The notes under the pieces were generated by a model. That model did no database searches and was not told the origin of the DNA. It worked only from the letters and a program-made list of their open reading frames with translations. The position numbers and the translations under genes were made by a program. From an uncultured Candidatus Rokubacteria bacterium (GTDB taxonomy: Bacteria > Methylomirabilota > Methylomirabilia > Rokubacteriales > CSP1-6), in NCBI GenBank assembly GCA_963762145.1, contig CAVXJS010000013.1, positions 1 through 64,000 of the forward strand: a stretch of 64,000 bases of DNA, given 5' to 3'. Positions 44,036 to 53,800 of the stretch are shown here, piece after piece (position 1 is the stretch's first letter; each line of letters begins with the position of its first letter).

Positions 44036-44890
44036 ATGGCCATACGGACCGTCGGAGTGCTGGGCTGTGGGCTGATGGGGTCGGGCATCGTCCAGGTGGC
44101 CGCGCAGGCCGGCTTCTCCACGATCGTGGCGGAAGCGACGCAGGAGCTGCTCGACCGTGGCCTCGGTGGGCTCCGCAAGAGCCTCGACGCGCTGGTGGCC
44201 AAGGCGCGCCTCGACGAGAAGACCCGCGACGAGATCATGGGCCGGATCAAGGGGGTGGTCGGGCTCGAGGGATTCCGCGAGTGCGATCTCGTGATCGAGG
44301 CCATCACCGAGAACCAGCCGCTCAAGAACGAGACCTTTGCCAAGCTCGACCGGATCTGTCCGCCGCACGCCCTGCTCGCGTCGAACACGTCGTCCTGCAA
44401 CATCACCGCGATGGCCGCGGCCACCAAGCGGCCCGGCCAGGTGCTGGGGCTGCACTTCTTCAACCCGGTGCCGCTCATGAAGCTGGTGGAGGTGGTCCAG
44501 ACCATCCTCACCGACGAGAAGAGCGTGCTCGCGGCCTACGAGTGGGTGCAGGCGGTGGGCAAGGTGCCGGTGCGTGCCAAGGACTCGACGGCCTTCATCG
44601 TGAATCGCCTCCTCGTGCCGTACCTGCTCGACGCGATCCGGGTGTACGAAGGCGGGCTCGCCACGCTGGAGGACATCGATCAGGCCATGAAGCTCGGCTG
44701 CGGCTACCCGATGGGCCCGTTCACCTTGCTCGACCTGGTGGGCCTCGACACCACCATGTACGTGGCTGAGGTCATGTTCGACGAGTACCGGGAGCCCCGC
44801 TACGCGCCCCCGCCGCTGCTGAAGCGCATGGTGATGGCCGGGCAGCTCGGTCGCAAGTCCGGGAAGGGGTTCTACAGCTACTCGAAATGA
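44036..44890 (+). CDS. hbd: 3-hydroxybutyryl-CoA dehydrogenase
   Basis: GCGLMGSGI, ASNTSS, LHFFNPVP, GYPMGPF, GRKSGKGFY. Confidence 0.9.
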   Translation: MAIRTVGVLGCGLMGSGIVQVAAQAGFSTIVAEATQELLDRGLGGLRKSLDALVAKARLDEKTRDEIMGRIKGVVGLEGFRECDLVIEAITENQPLKNETFAKLDRICPPHALLASNTSSCNITAMAAATKRPGQVLGLHFFNPVPLMKLVEVVQTILTDEKSVLAAYEWVQAVGKVPVRAKDSTAFIVNRLLVPYLLDAIRVYEGGLATLEDIDQAMKLGCGYPMGPFTLLDLVGLDTTMYVAEVMFDEYREPRYAPPPLLKRMVMAGQLGRKSGKGFYSYSK

Positions 44891-46038
44891 GCCACCTGTA
44901 CTACCTGAGCGACGACCAGCGGGCCATCCGCGACCTCGCCCGCGAGATCGCGCGCGAGCGCATCGCCCCCCACGCAGCCCACGTGGACGAGACCGGGGAG
45001 TACCCGGACGAGCAGCTCAAGCTGCTGGGCCAGCAGGGGCTGATGGGCCTCCACATCCCGGAGGCCTACGGGGGCACCGCGTCGGGCTCGCTCGCCTTCT
45101 GCCTCGCCGCCGAGGAGGTGGCCTGGGCGTGCGCCTCCACGTCGACCATCTTCCTGGTCCAGAATCTCGGCGGCTACCCGATCATCTTCGCGGGCAGCGA
45201 GGAGCAGAAGCGGCGCTACCTGCCGAAGCTGGCGTCCGGCGAGATGACGGCGGCGTTCTCGCTCTCGGAGCCCGGCTCGGGCTCGGACGCGGCGTCGATG
45301 ACCTGCCGGGCGGTGCGCAAGGGCGACCGCTACGTGCTCAACGGCTCCAAGATGTGGGTCACCAACGGCTCGCACGCGGGCATCATCACCGTGTTCGTCA
45401 CCACCGAGCCGGGCAAGCGGGCCAAGGGCGTGACCGCGCTGCTGGTGGAGCCGGGCCTCAAGGGGTTCACGGTGGGCAAGCCGGAGCGCAAGCTCGGCAT
45501 CCACGGCTCGCCCACGGTGGCGCTCCACTTCACGGATTGTGAGGTCCCGGTGGAGAACCGGCTCGGCGCGGAAGGGGAGGGCTTCAAGGTCGCGATGAAG
45601 ACCCTCGAGCAATCGCGCCCCACCATCGGCGCGCAGGCGGTCGGGATCGCGCAGGCCGCGCTCGACGCCTCGGTGGCCTATGCCAAGGAGCGGCGCGCGT
45701 TCGGCCAGCCCATCGGGGCGTTCCAGGGCATCCAGTTCATGCTGGCCGACATGGCGGTGGCGGTGCACGCCTCGCGCCTCGTCGTCCACCACGCCGCGGC
45801 CCTGATCGACCACGGGATCACCGGCGCCGCGCTCGAGTCCTCGGCGGCCAAGTGCCTGGCCTCGGACACCGCCATGAAGGCGGCCACCGACGCGGTGCAG
45901 ATCCTCGGGGGCTATGGCTACACCCGGGAGTTTCCGGTGGAGCGCTTCATGCGCGACGCCAAGATCACCCAGATCTACGAAGGCACGAATCAGATCCAGC
46001 GAGTGGTGATCGCCCAGCAGCTCCTGGGCAAGTCCTGA
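44887..46038 (+). CDS. Acyl-CoA dehydrogenase (short/branched-chain type)
   Basis: FSLSEPGSGSDA, GSKMWVTNG, GGYGY, IYEGTNQIQ. Confidence 0.92.
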   Translation: MSHLYYLSDDQRAIRDLAREIARERIAPHAAHVDETGEYPDEQLKLLGQQGLMGLHIPEAYGGTASGSLAFCLAAEEVAWACASTSTIFLVQNLGGYPIIFAGSEEQKRRYLPKLASGEMTAAFSLSEPGSGSDAASMTCRAVRKGDRYVLNGSKMWVTNGSHAGIITVFVTTEPGKRAKGVTALLVEPGLKGFTVGKPERKLGIHGSPTVALHFTDCEVPVENRLGAEGEGFKVAMKTLEQSRPTIGAQAVGIAQAALDASVAYAKERRAFGQPIGAFQGIQFMLADMAVAVHASRLVVHHAAALIDHGITGAALESSAAKCLASDTAMKAATDAVQILGGYGYTREFPVERFMRDAKITQIYEGTNQIQRVVIAQQLLGKS

Positions 46039-46066
46039 CGCGCAACCAATGAAAAGGGGGATATCG

Positions 46067-47347
46067 ATGAGCGACCGCCGCCAGCCACGTCTGCATCGCC
46101 GCACCTTCCTGAAGGCCGCCGGGACCGCCGCGGGCGCCGCCGCACTCGGGTTCCCCGCGGTGCTGCGCGCGCAGGCCCCGACGCTCAAGGTAGGCGTCGT
46201 GCACCCGATCACGGGCCCGCTCGCCGAGCCGGGCCAGGCCTGCCGCCTCGGGGCCCAGATGGCCGCCGACGCCGTCAACGCGGCGGGCGGCATCAAGTCG
46301 CTCAACGGCATGAAGCTCGAGCTGATCCTGGGCGACACCCAGACGAAGCCGGACATCGGGCGCACCGAGGCGGAGCGGGTGATCAACCAGGGCGCCCAGG
46401 TGCTGATGGGCTCCTTCGACTCCGGGTCCACCGCGGCGATGGTGCCGGTGGTCCAGCAGCGCCGCATCCCGTTCCTGGTGGACATCGCGGCCGCCGACCC
46501 GATCACCGCCAACGTGGCGAAGGCGGTGAAGGACGGCCAGCAGAAGACGCAGTACGTGTACCGCAACTTCCCGACCGGCTCCTCGTTCGGGCGCAAGGCG
46601 GTGCAGTACTTCACCGAGGTGTTCCAGGAAGCCAAGGTGTCCCCCAAGCGGGTCGTGCTGATGTACTGCAACGATCTCTTCGGCCAGAACAACGCCAAGG
46701 GCTTCCAGGCCGCCCACGCGGCGGCCAAGCCCTCGTGGGAGATCGTGGACGTGATCCCGTGGCCGGAGCCGCCGCAGGATCTCTCCACCGAGGTCTCCCG
46801 CGCGAAGTCGGCGAAGCCCGACATCATCGCGCCGATCACGCGGCCGGCGAGCGCGCAGCTCCTCCTGCCCGAGATCCGCAAGCAGCGCCTGGACATCATG
46901 GGCATCGTCGGGCCGGGCAGCCCGGGGCTCTACGAGGCCGGGCAGATCGCGACCCTCAAGGAAGACCTCGACTACGTCATGGCCAGCACGCCGTGGGCCA
47001 ACTTCAAGAACCCGCGCACCCAGGCGGTCGCGGCGGACTACTTGAAGCGGTCGAACGGCAAGACGTTCGACACCAACTCGGGCTACTCCTACGACGGCAT
47101 GATGCTGATCGCGGACGTGCTCGAGCGCGCGAAGTCCACCGATCCCGACGCGATCGTGGAAGCCCTGAAGAAGTCGAACTGGTCGGGCGGGCTGATGCAG
47201 TACGCGGGGCCGGTGGTGTTCAACGAGCTCGGCGACAATCCGAACGCGGTCACCACCATGATCCAGATCCTCGGCGGCAAGCCGGTCGCGGTCTGGCCCC
47301 AGGAGGCCGCAGTCCAGAAGTTCGTCTTTCCGCGTCCCAAGGCGTAG
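46067..47347 (+). CDS. Branched-chain amino-acid-type ABC solute-binding protein with Tat signal
   Basis: HRRTFLK Tat motif; LivJ/K-like PITGPLA...VNAAGGI. Confidence 0.88.
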   Translation: MSDRRQPRLHRRTFLKAAGTAAGAAALGFPAVLRAQAPTLKVGVVHPITGPLAEPGQACRLGAQMAADAVNAAGGIKSLNGMKLELILGDTQTKPDIGRTEAERVINQGAQVLMGSFDSGSTAAMVPVVQQRRIPFLVDIAAADPITANVAKAVKDGQQKTQYVYRNFPTGSSFGRKAVQYFTEVFQEAKVSPKRVVLMYCNDLFGQNNAKGFQAAHAAAKPSWEIVDVIPWPEPPQDLSTEVSRAKSAKPDIIAPITRPASAQLLLPEIRKQRLDIMGIVGPGSPGLYEAGQIATLKEDLDYVMASTPWANFKNPRTQAVAADYLKRSNGKTFDTNSGYSYDGMMLIADVLERAKSTDPDAIVEALKKSNWSGGLMQYAGPVVFNELGDNPNAVTTMIQILGGKPVAVWPQEAAVQKFVFPRPKA

Positions 47348-47353
47348 CGGGCC

Positions 47354-48226
47354 CTGGACCCGGCGCTCGTCGCCCAGGGGCTGCTGAGCGGCCTGCTGTT
47401 CGGGGGCGTCTACAGCCTCATGGCCGTGGGGCTCACCCTGATCTTCGGGGTGATGCGCGTCGTCAACTTCGCCCACGGCGACATGATGGTCTGGGGCATG
47501 TACCTCGCCTGGATCCTCTCGACGCGGGCGGGCATCGATCCCTACGTGGGCTTCATCGCCTGCGCGGGCGCCCTCTTCGTGATGGGCTGGGTGACGCAGC
47601 GCCTGCTCGTGGACCGCATCGTGGACGCGCCCCACGAGATGCAGATCCTCCTGATGCTGGGCGTCGCGCTCGTGCTCGAGAACGTGGCCCTGGTGGCGTT
47701 CGGCCCCGACCCCCAGCGCGTCCGCTCGCCGCTGCGGGCGGCCACCTTCTGGCTCGGGCCGGTGTTCGTGGACGTGGCGCGGCTCGTGACGTTCGCGCTG
47801 GCCATGGTGCTGACGCTGGCGCTCTACCTCTTCCTCACCCGCACCGATCTGGGCCGCACCATGCGCGCGGCGGCCGACAACGCCTACGGCGCGCTCGTGA
47901 TCGGCACCGACGTGCGGCGCGTCTACGCGGCCGCCTTCGGCATCGGAGCCGCGTGCGTGGGGGCGGCGGGGGCGCTGGTCTCGCCGATTCTGCCCTTCCA
48001 GCCTGCGGGCGGGCTCTCGCTCTCGGTGGCGTCGTTCAACATCGTGATCATCGGCGGGATGGGGAGCCTGCCCGGCGCGTTCCTGGGCGGGCTGCTGGTC
48101 TCGGTGGCCGAGTCGCTCGGGGCGGTGTTCCTGAGCCCGTCGATGAAGGAATTGGTGAGCTTCTCCCTGCTCATCGTGATCCTGCTGTTCCGGCCGGCGG
48201 GGCTCTTCGGGAAGACCGCCGCGTGA
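47354..48226 (+). CDS. livH: LivH-type permease; probable CTG start
   Basis: QGLLSGLLFGGVYSLMAVGLTLIFGVMRVVNFAHG; IIGGMGS. Confidence 0.88.
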   Translation: MDPALVAQGLLSGLLFGGVYSLMAVGLTLIFGVMRVVNFAHGDMMVWGMYLAWILSTRAGIDPYVGFIACAGALFVMGWVTQRLLVDRIVDAPHEMQILLMLGVALVLENVALVAFGPDPQRVRSPLRAATFWLGPVFVDVARLVTFALAMVLTLALYLFLTRTDLGRTMRAAADNAYGALVIGTDVRRVYAAAFGIGAACVGAAGALVSPILPFQPAGGLSLSVASFNIVIIGGMGSLPGAFLGGLLVSVAESLGAVFLSPSMKELVSFSLLIVILLFRPAGLFGKTAA

Positions 48227-49173
48227 GGTGGCTGGCCGCTGCCGCCCTGCTCGTCCTGCTGCTGCTGCCCGCGGTGCTCAACTCCTACGCGGTCACCGTG
48301 TTCATCTTCATCTTCTTCTACGCATTCCTGGGCCAGGCCTGGAACATCGTGGGCGGGTACGCGGGGCAGCTCTCGGCCGGCCACGCCGCCTTCGTGGGGA
48401 TCGGCGCCTACACCTCGGCGGTGCTCTCGGTGCAGGCCGGGCTCACCCCGTGGATCGGCATGCTCGTGGGGGGCCTGCTGTCGGCCGCCCTGGGCACCAT
48501 CGTCGGCTACCTGGGCTTCCGCTTCGGCCTCCGCGGCTTCTACTTCGTGCTGCTCACGGTGGCGTTCGCGGAGGTCTGCCGGATCGTCGCGCTGAACACC
48601 GACGCGGTCGGCGGCGCCCTCGGCTACTACCTCACCTTCACGGGCAACCCGTGGCAGTTCCAGTTCCAGGACAACCGCGTGTACTACTACGTGGCCCTCG
48701 GGCTGATGCTGATCGCCACCGGCATCGTGGCCGCCATCGAGCGCCGCCGCTTCGGCGCCTACCTGATCGCGATCCGGGAGGACGAGAGCGCCTGCGAGGC
48801 GCTCGGGGTGAACACGTTCCGCTACAAGATGCTGGCGATGATCGTCTCGTCGTTCCTCACCGGCGTGGGCGGAACGTTCTACGCCTTCTATCTCTTCTCG
48901 CTCCAGCCCGGCGCGGTCTTCGGCATCCCGCTCTCGGTCGAGATCATCATCCGACCCATCGTCGGCGGGGCGGGAACCGTCATGGGCCCGATCCTCGGCT
49001 CCTTCATCCTGAGCCCGCTGGCCGAGGCCTCGCGGATCTACTTCGGGCAGGGGAGCTGGGCCGGCGCGCACCTGATCGCCTACGGCCTCCTGCTCATCGC
49101 GGTGGTGCTCTTCCTGCCCCAGGGGGCCTATCCCGCCCTGCGCCGCCTCTGGGTAAGAATGGCGCCGCGATGA
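48223..49173 (+). CDS. livM: LivM-type permease
   Basis: WNIVGGYAGQLSAGHAAFVGIGAY, AIREDE, IVGGAGTVMGP. Confidence 0.88.
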   Translation: MRWLAAAALLVLLLLPAVLNSYAVTVFIFIFFYAFLGQAWNIVGGYAGQLSAGHAAFVGIGAYTSAVLSVQAGLTPWIGMLVGGLLSAALGTIVGYLGFRFGLRGFYFVLLTVAFAEVCRIVALNTDAVGGALGYYLTFTGNPWQFQFQDNRVYYYVALGLMLIATGIVAAIERRRFGAYLIAIREDESACEALGVNTFRYKMLAMIVSSFLTGVGGTFYAFYLFSLQPGAVFGIPLSVEIIIRPIVGGAGTVMGPILGSFILSPLAEASRIYFGQGSWAGAHLIAYGLLLIAVVLFLPQGAYPALRRLWVRMAPR

Positions 49174-49174
49174 G

Positions 49175-49266
49175 CGCTCGCGCGAAGAGCCTAAGAAGAT
49201 CCGCTCGCGCGAAGAGCCTAAGAAGATCCGCTCGCGCGAAGAGCCTAAGAAGATCCGCTCGCGCGA
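49175..49266 (+). repeat. 27-bp tandem repeat, 3.4 copies (cgctcgcgcgaagagcctaagaagatc)
   Basis: Identical units at 49175, 49202 and 49229, partial unit at 49256; diverged copy near 49295. Confidence 0.95.
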
Positions 49267-49331
49267 GCTCAGGGTGAGGATGGCCGCCCGATGAGCGCTT
49301 GCGCGAAGAGGCTAAGAAAGAGAAGTCACGG

Positions 49332-50078
49332 ATGACCGCCCGCACCCCGTTGCTAGAGGTCTCCAACATCTCCAAGCGCTTCGGCGGGCTCGTGGCGGTG
49401 CGCGACCTCTCCCTCGAGATGGCGCGCGGCGAGGTGCTCGGGCTGATCGGCCCCAATGGAGCCGGCAAGACCACCGCGTTCAACCTGCTCTCGGGCTTTC
49501 TCTCGCCCGACCAGGGCACGGTTCACTTCGCGGGCCACCCGCTCGTCGGGCTCAAGCCCCACGCGATCTGCGGCCTCGGCCTGGCCCGCACCTTCCAGAT
49601 CGTCCGCCCGTTTCCCCACCTCTCCGTGCTCGACAACGTGAGGGTCGGCGCGCTGGCCCGGCACCCCGGCATGGCGGAGGCCCGGGAGAAGGCACGGGCG
49701 GTGATCGACCGGGTGGGGCTGGGCCCCAAGGCCGCCCACGCGGCATCCGGGCTCACCCTGGCCGAGCGGAAGCGCCTCGAGCTCGCCCGCGCGCTCGCCA
49801 CCGAGCCCACCCTGCTCCTGCTCGACGAGGTGATGGCCGGGCTCAACCCCACCGAGATCGCGGCGATCGTGGGGCTCATCCAGCGCATCAACGAGGACGG
49901 CATATCCATTCTGTTGATCGAGCACAACATGCGGGCGGTGATGACCCTCTCGCACCGGATCGCGGTGCTCAACTTCGGGGAGAAGATCGTCGAGGGCCCG
50001 CCGGCCACGGTCGCCAACCACCCACGCGTGATCGAGGCCTACCTGGGCGAGGAGTATGTCCACACTCCTGCGCGTTGA
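49332..50078 (+). CDS. livG: LivG-type ABC ATPase
   Basis: GPNGAGKTT, ARTFQ, LLLDEVMAGLN, IEHNM. Confidence 0.9.
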   Translation: MTARTPLLEVSNISKRFGGLVAVRDLSLEMARGEVLGLIGPNGAGKTTAFNLLSGFLSPDQGTVHFAGHPLVGLKPHAICGLGLARTFQIVRPFPHLSVLDNVRVGALARHPGMAEAREKARAVIDRVGLGPKAAHAASGLTLAERKRLELARALATEPTLLLLDEVMAGLNPTEIAAIVGLIQRINEDGISILLIEHNMRAVMTLSHRIAVLNFGEKIVEGPPATVANHPRVIEAYLGEEYVHTPAR

Positions 50079-50769
50079 CGGCATCGAGGTCGGCTACGGT
50101 GACCTGACCGCGGTCGGCGACGTCTCGCTCGAGGTGCGGGAGGGCGAGGCGGTGGCGCTGATCGGCGCGAACGGCGCGGGCAAGACGACCACCCTGCGCG
50201 CGGTCTCGGGCCTGCTGCCCCTTCGTCGCGGGCGAATCGAGTTCGAGGGGCAACGCCTCGACGGCCTGTCGCCGGCTCAGATCGTGGCTCGGGGCATCGC
50301 CCACGTGCCGGAAGGGCGGCAGCTCTTCCCGACGATGACGGTCCTGGAGAACCTGGAGCTGGGGGCCCGCACGCCGGCGGCCCGCGCCCGGCGGGCCGAG
50401 ACCCTCGCCCGGGTCTTCGACGTCTTCCCCCGTCTGCGAGAGCGCCGCGAGCAGTCGGCCGGCACCCTGTCGGGCGGCGAGCAGCAGATGTGCGCTATCG
50501 GCCGAGGGCTCATGGCCTGTCCCCGGCTGCTGATGCTCGATGAGCCGAGCCTCGGCCTGGCCCCGGTCATGGTGAAGGCAATCTTCGAGGATCTGGGTCG
50601 TATCAACGCGCTAGGGCTGACGATTTTGCTTGTCGAGCAGAATGTGCTCCGATCACTGCACCTGGCCCACCGGGGGTATGTGCTCGAGAACGGCCGGGTG
50701 ACCCGGTCGGGTCCGGCGCCGGAACTGCTCGCGAGCGGCCACATCAAGGAGGCCTATCTGGGGCTCTGA
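50056..50769 (+). CDS. livF: LivF-type ABC ATPase
   Basis: GANGAGKTT, VPEGRQLF, LSGGEQQM, DEPSLGLAP. Confidence 0.92.
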   Translation: MSTLLRVDGIEVGYGDLTAVGDVSLEVREGEAVALIGANGAGKTTTLRAVSGLLPLRRGRIEFEGQRLDGLSPAQIVARGIAHVPEGRQLFPTMTVLENLELGARTPAARARRAETLARVFDVFPRLRERREQSAGTLSGGEQQMCAIGRGLMACPRLLMLDEPSLGLAPVMVKAIFEDLGRINALGLTILLVEQNVLRSLHLAHRGYVLENGRVTRSGPAPELLASGHIKEAYLGL

Positions 50770-50816
50770 GAGCAAAAACCCGTATAATTCGCTGCGCCCC
50801 GGGCCGAGAATAGGTT

Positions 50817-53800
50817 GTGCGCCGTTTTCTCGGGTCGTTCCTCGTCCCGTTCCTCTTGCTCGCGATTCCGCTCGGCGTCCTGGCCGGTCTCGGGTTCGTG
50901 GCGGCCCACCGGCAGCTCGTGCGCACGCGCGACGCGGCGGTCGTCCGGACCGTGGACGCGGTGAACGCCCTCGTCGCCGACTACCAGGAGTCGTTGCGGC
51001 GCGAGACGATCCTCCTCGCCAGCGACCCCGCCGTGGTCGAGGGAGCGGTCAAGGGCGACTGGGCCATCCTGGCCCGCGGCGCCTCGCCACGAGTGCTGGC
51101 GGTCACGCGCGACGGGCTCGCCGACTTCATCACGATCCGTGACGGGCGCGGCACGCCACTGGTCCAGGTGCCGGCGGGCCCGTCGCCCAGTCTCCCCGGC
51201 GCGCCCGCCGTCACCGAGCCGGTCCTGACCCTGCGGCTGGCGGGCGGCCAGCCGTACTTCCTGGTTACCGCGCCGGTGCAGGCCCCGTCCGGCCGCGAGC
51301 CGTCCGGTGGTCCGGGCGTCGTGGTGGCCGGCCGCCGCCTCGACGGGCTGGGCGTCGTGCTGGATCGGCTGCCCGCGCGGCCGGCCGTGGCGTTCATCGC
51401 GGGCGACCGCGCGCTTGCGACCAGCCGGAGCGACCTGCCCGCGAGCGGGTGGGCTCGCGCGACCACGGTCGGCGCGACCGACGTGGGGAACGAACCCTTC
51501 GCGGTCCGCCGGCTCGCGGAGCCGGTCGTGACGTCGCCCGACGGCGGCCTCTGGGTGGTGCTCTCGGTGCGCGAGTTCGCGCGCGCCGAGCGCCGTCTGC
51601 TGCTGGAGTTCATCGCCCTCCTGGGGGCGGGCATCGTGGTGCTCGCCGGCGTCGTGCTGGCCTTCCTGCCGACCGGTCGGCCGCGGCGACCGGCGGGGTC
51701 CGGTCCCGCAGACAGCCCCCGCCTGTCGCTCGAGCGCCGCAACCGCGAGCTGGAAGCGCTGAACGCGGTGTTCGACACGATGAGCCGCGGCTCCGACCTC
51801 GCCACCACCGCCGGGGAGAGCCTCGAGATCGTGCGCGGCCTCGCGCGGATGGACGTCGGCCTGGTCTACCGTCTGGACCACGAGAGCAATCAGCTGGTCC
51901 TGGAGGGTCAGAGCGGCGTCGATCCCCGCTATCTGGACCGCTCCCGCAACCGCCCGGTGGAAGGCTCCCACATGGGTGACGCCGCGCGCACCGGTCAGAT
52001 CATCGTCACGCACCTGGACGCGACGCCGCCGTCCGATGCGGAGATCCGCGAGATGGCGGCCGAGCGGGCTCACCGCATCCAGCTTGCCCTGCCGATCCCG
52101 GTCGAGCACCGGACCTGGGGCGTGATGGTCCTCGTCTCCAAGGAGGATCGCGACTTCGCGCCGGAGGAGCTGACGATCTTCTCGGCGGTGGCCCACCAGG
52201 TGGGCCTGGCCGTCGAGCGTGCCCAGCTTCGCGACATGGCGGCGGTGCGCCTGAGTCGACTCGAAGCGCAGCGCGTGATCGAGCGGCACATCTCCGAGCA
52301 CCTCGACACCGAGGAATTGCTGGTGGTCATCGCGCGATCGGCCCAGCGGCTGGTCGGGGGGACGTTCTCCGCGCTGTACCTGCTGGAGGGCGACACCCTG
52401 CGTCCGCGCGCCTGGTCCGACATCCCGGACTGGATCCGGGATCTCCGGTTCAAGATCGGCGCCGGCGTGGCGGGCGCGGCGCTGGCCGCCGGGCGCGGCG
52501 CCCGCGCCAACGACTATCCGAGCTCGCCCGGCGCGATGGCCGAGTTCATCCCGTTCACCAGCCGGCTGCTGGCCGCGCCTCTGATGGCGGGCGACCAGCC
52601 CCTGGGGGTGATGACGGCCGGGCGGGGGCCCGGCGGGCCTCCGTTCACCGAGGAGGATCTCTCCACCCTGACCGACTTCGCCACGCAGGCCGCGGTGGCG
52701 CTCGAGAACGCGCGGCTCTTCGACGAGGCCACCCGCAACGCCGCGCAGTACCAGGCGCTGCTCGAGGTGAGCGGCGCGGTCAGCTCGACCCTCGACGTGG
52801 ACCGGGTCCTCGATCTGGTCCTCGAACGGTGCCAGGCGCTCCTCGGGGTGGCCGCGGTCGGCGCGATGCGGATCGATCGGGAAACCGGGGTGGTCGCCTT
52901 CGAGCGCGGCCGCGGCCTGTCGAGCGCCTTCACGTCGGCCCTCCGCATGCGGCTGGGTGAGGGGACCACCGGTCGCGCGATCGAGGAGCGCGTCCCGGTC
53001 TGGAGCGAGGACGTGCTGAGGGACCCGGCGGTGGCGATCAACCCGGAGGCCCGGGCCCTGATCCAGCGCGAGGGCTACCGCGCGGTCCTGTCCGTCCCCA
53101 TGCTGACCAAGGGGAACACGCACGGCAAAGGTGACGCGCACGGCGCGATCGCGGCGTACTGGTGGGAGCCGCACACGCCGACCCCCTCGGAGATCTCGAT
53201 CATGACCGCGCTCGCCGGGCAGGCGGCGACCGCGCTCGATAACGCCCGGCTCTTCGGCCAGGAGCGCGACCGCAAGGCGTCCCTGACCTCGCTCCTCGAG
53301 ATCAACAAGAAGATCGGGGCGCTCGCGACCCCGGAGAGCCTGCTGACCTCCATCGCGGAGGAGGCGGCGCGGCTGCTCGACGTCGACAACGCCGGCTTCC
53401 GGCTGCTCGAGGGCGACGACCTGGTGGTGGCGGGCCTCGCCGGCACCGCCGGCCAGTCCATGCTGCGGGCGCGCATCAAGGTGGGCGAGAGCCTCAGCGG
53501 GCGGGTGTTCACGTCCGGCCAGGCGCTGATGTGCGAGCTCGAGGAGAGCGGAATCCTCGCCGACCACATGGCCGCCGACCGGCGCCTCGGCTACACGCAC
53601 TATCTCGGGGTGCCGCTCATGGTCGGCGAGCGGGCCATCGGAGTCCTGACCTTCCGCGGGCGGCGCGCCTTCACCGCGCGCGAGCAGGAGCTGGGGGAGA
53701 CGTTCGCCGGGCAGGCCGCCATCGCGATCGACCACTCGCGCCTCTATCGCGAGGCGTCCGAGCAGGCGGAGCGGATGCGCGTCGTGGCCGAGATGGGGCG

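Noticed and set aside
49175-49266. CRISPR array
   Set aside because: Head-to-tail identical units with no unique spacers.
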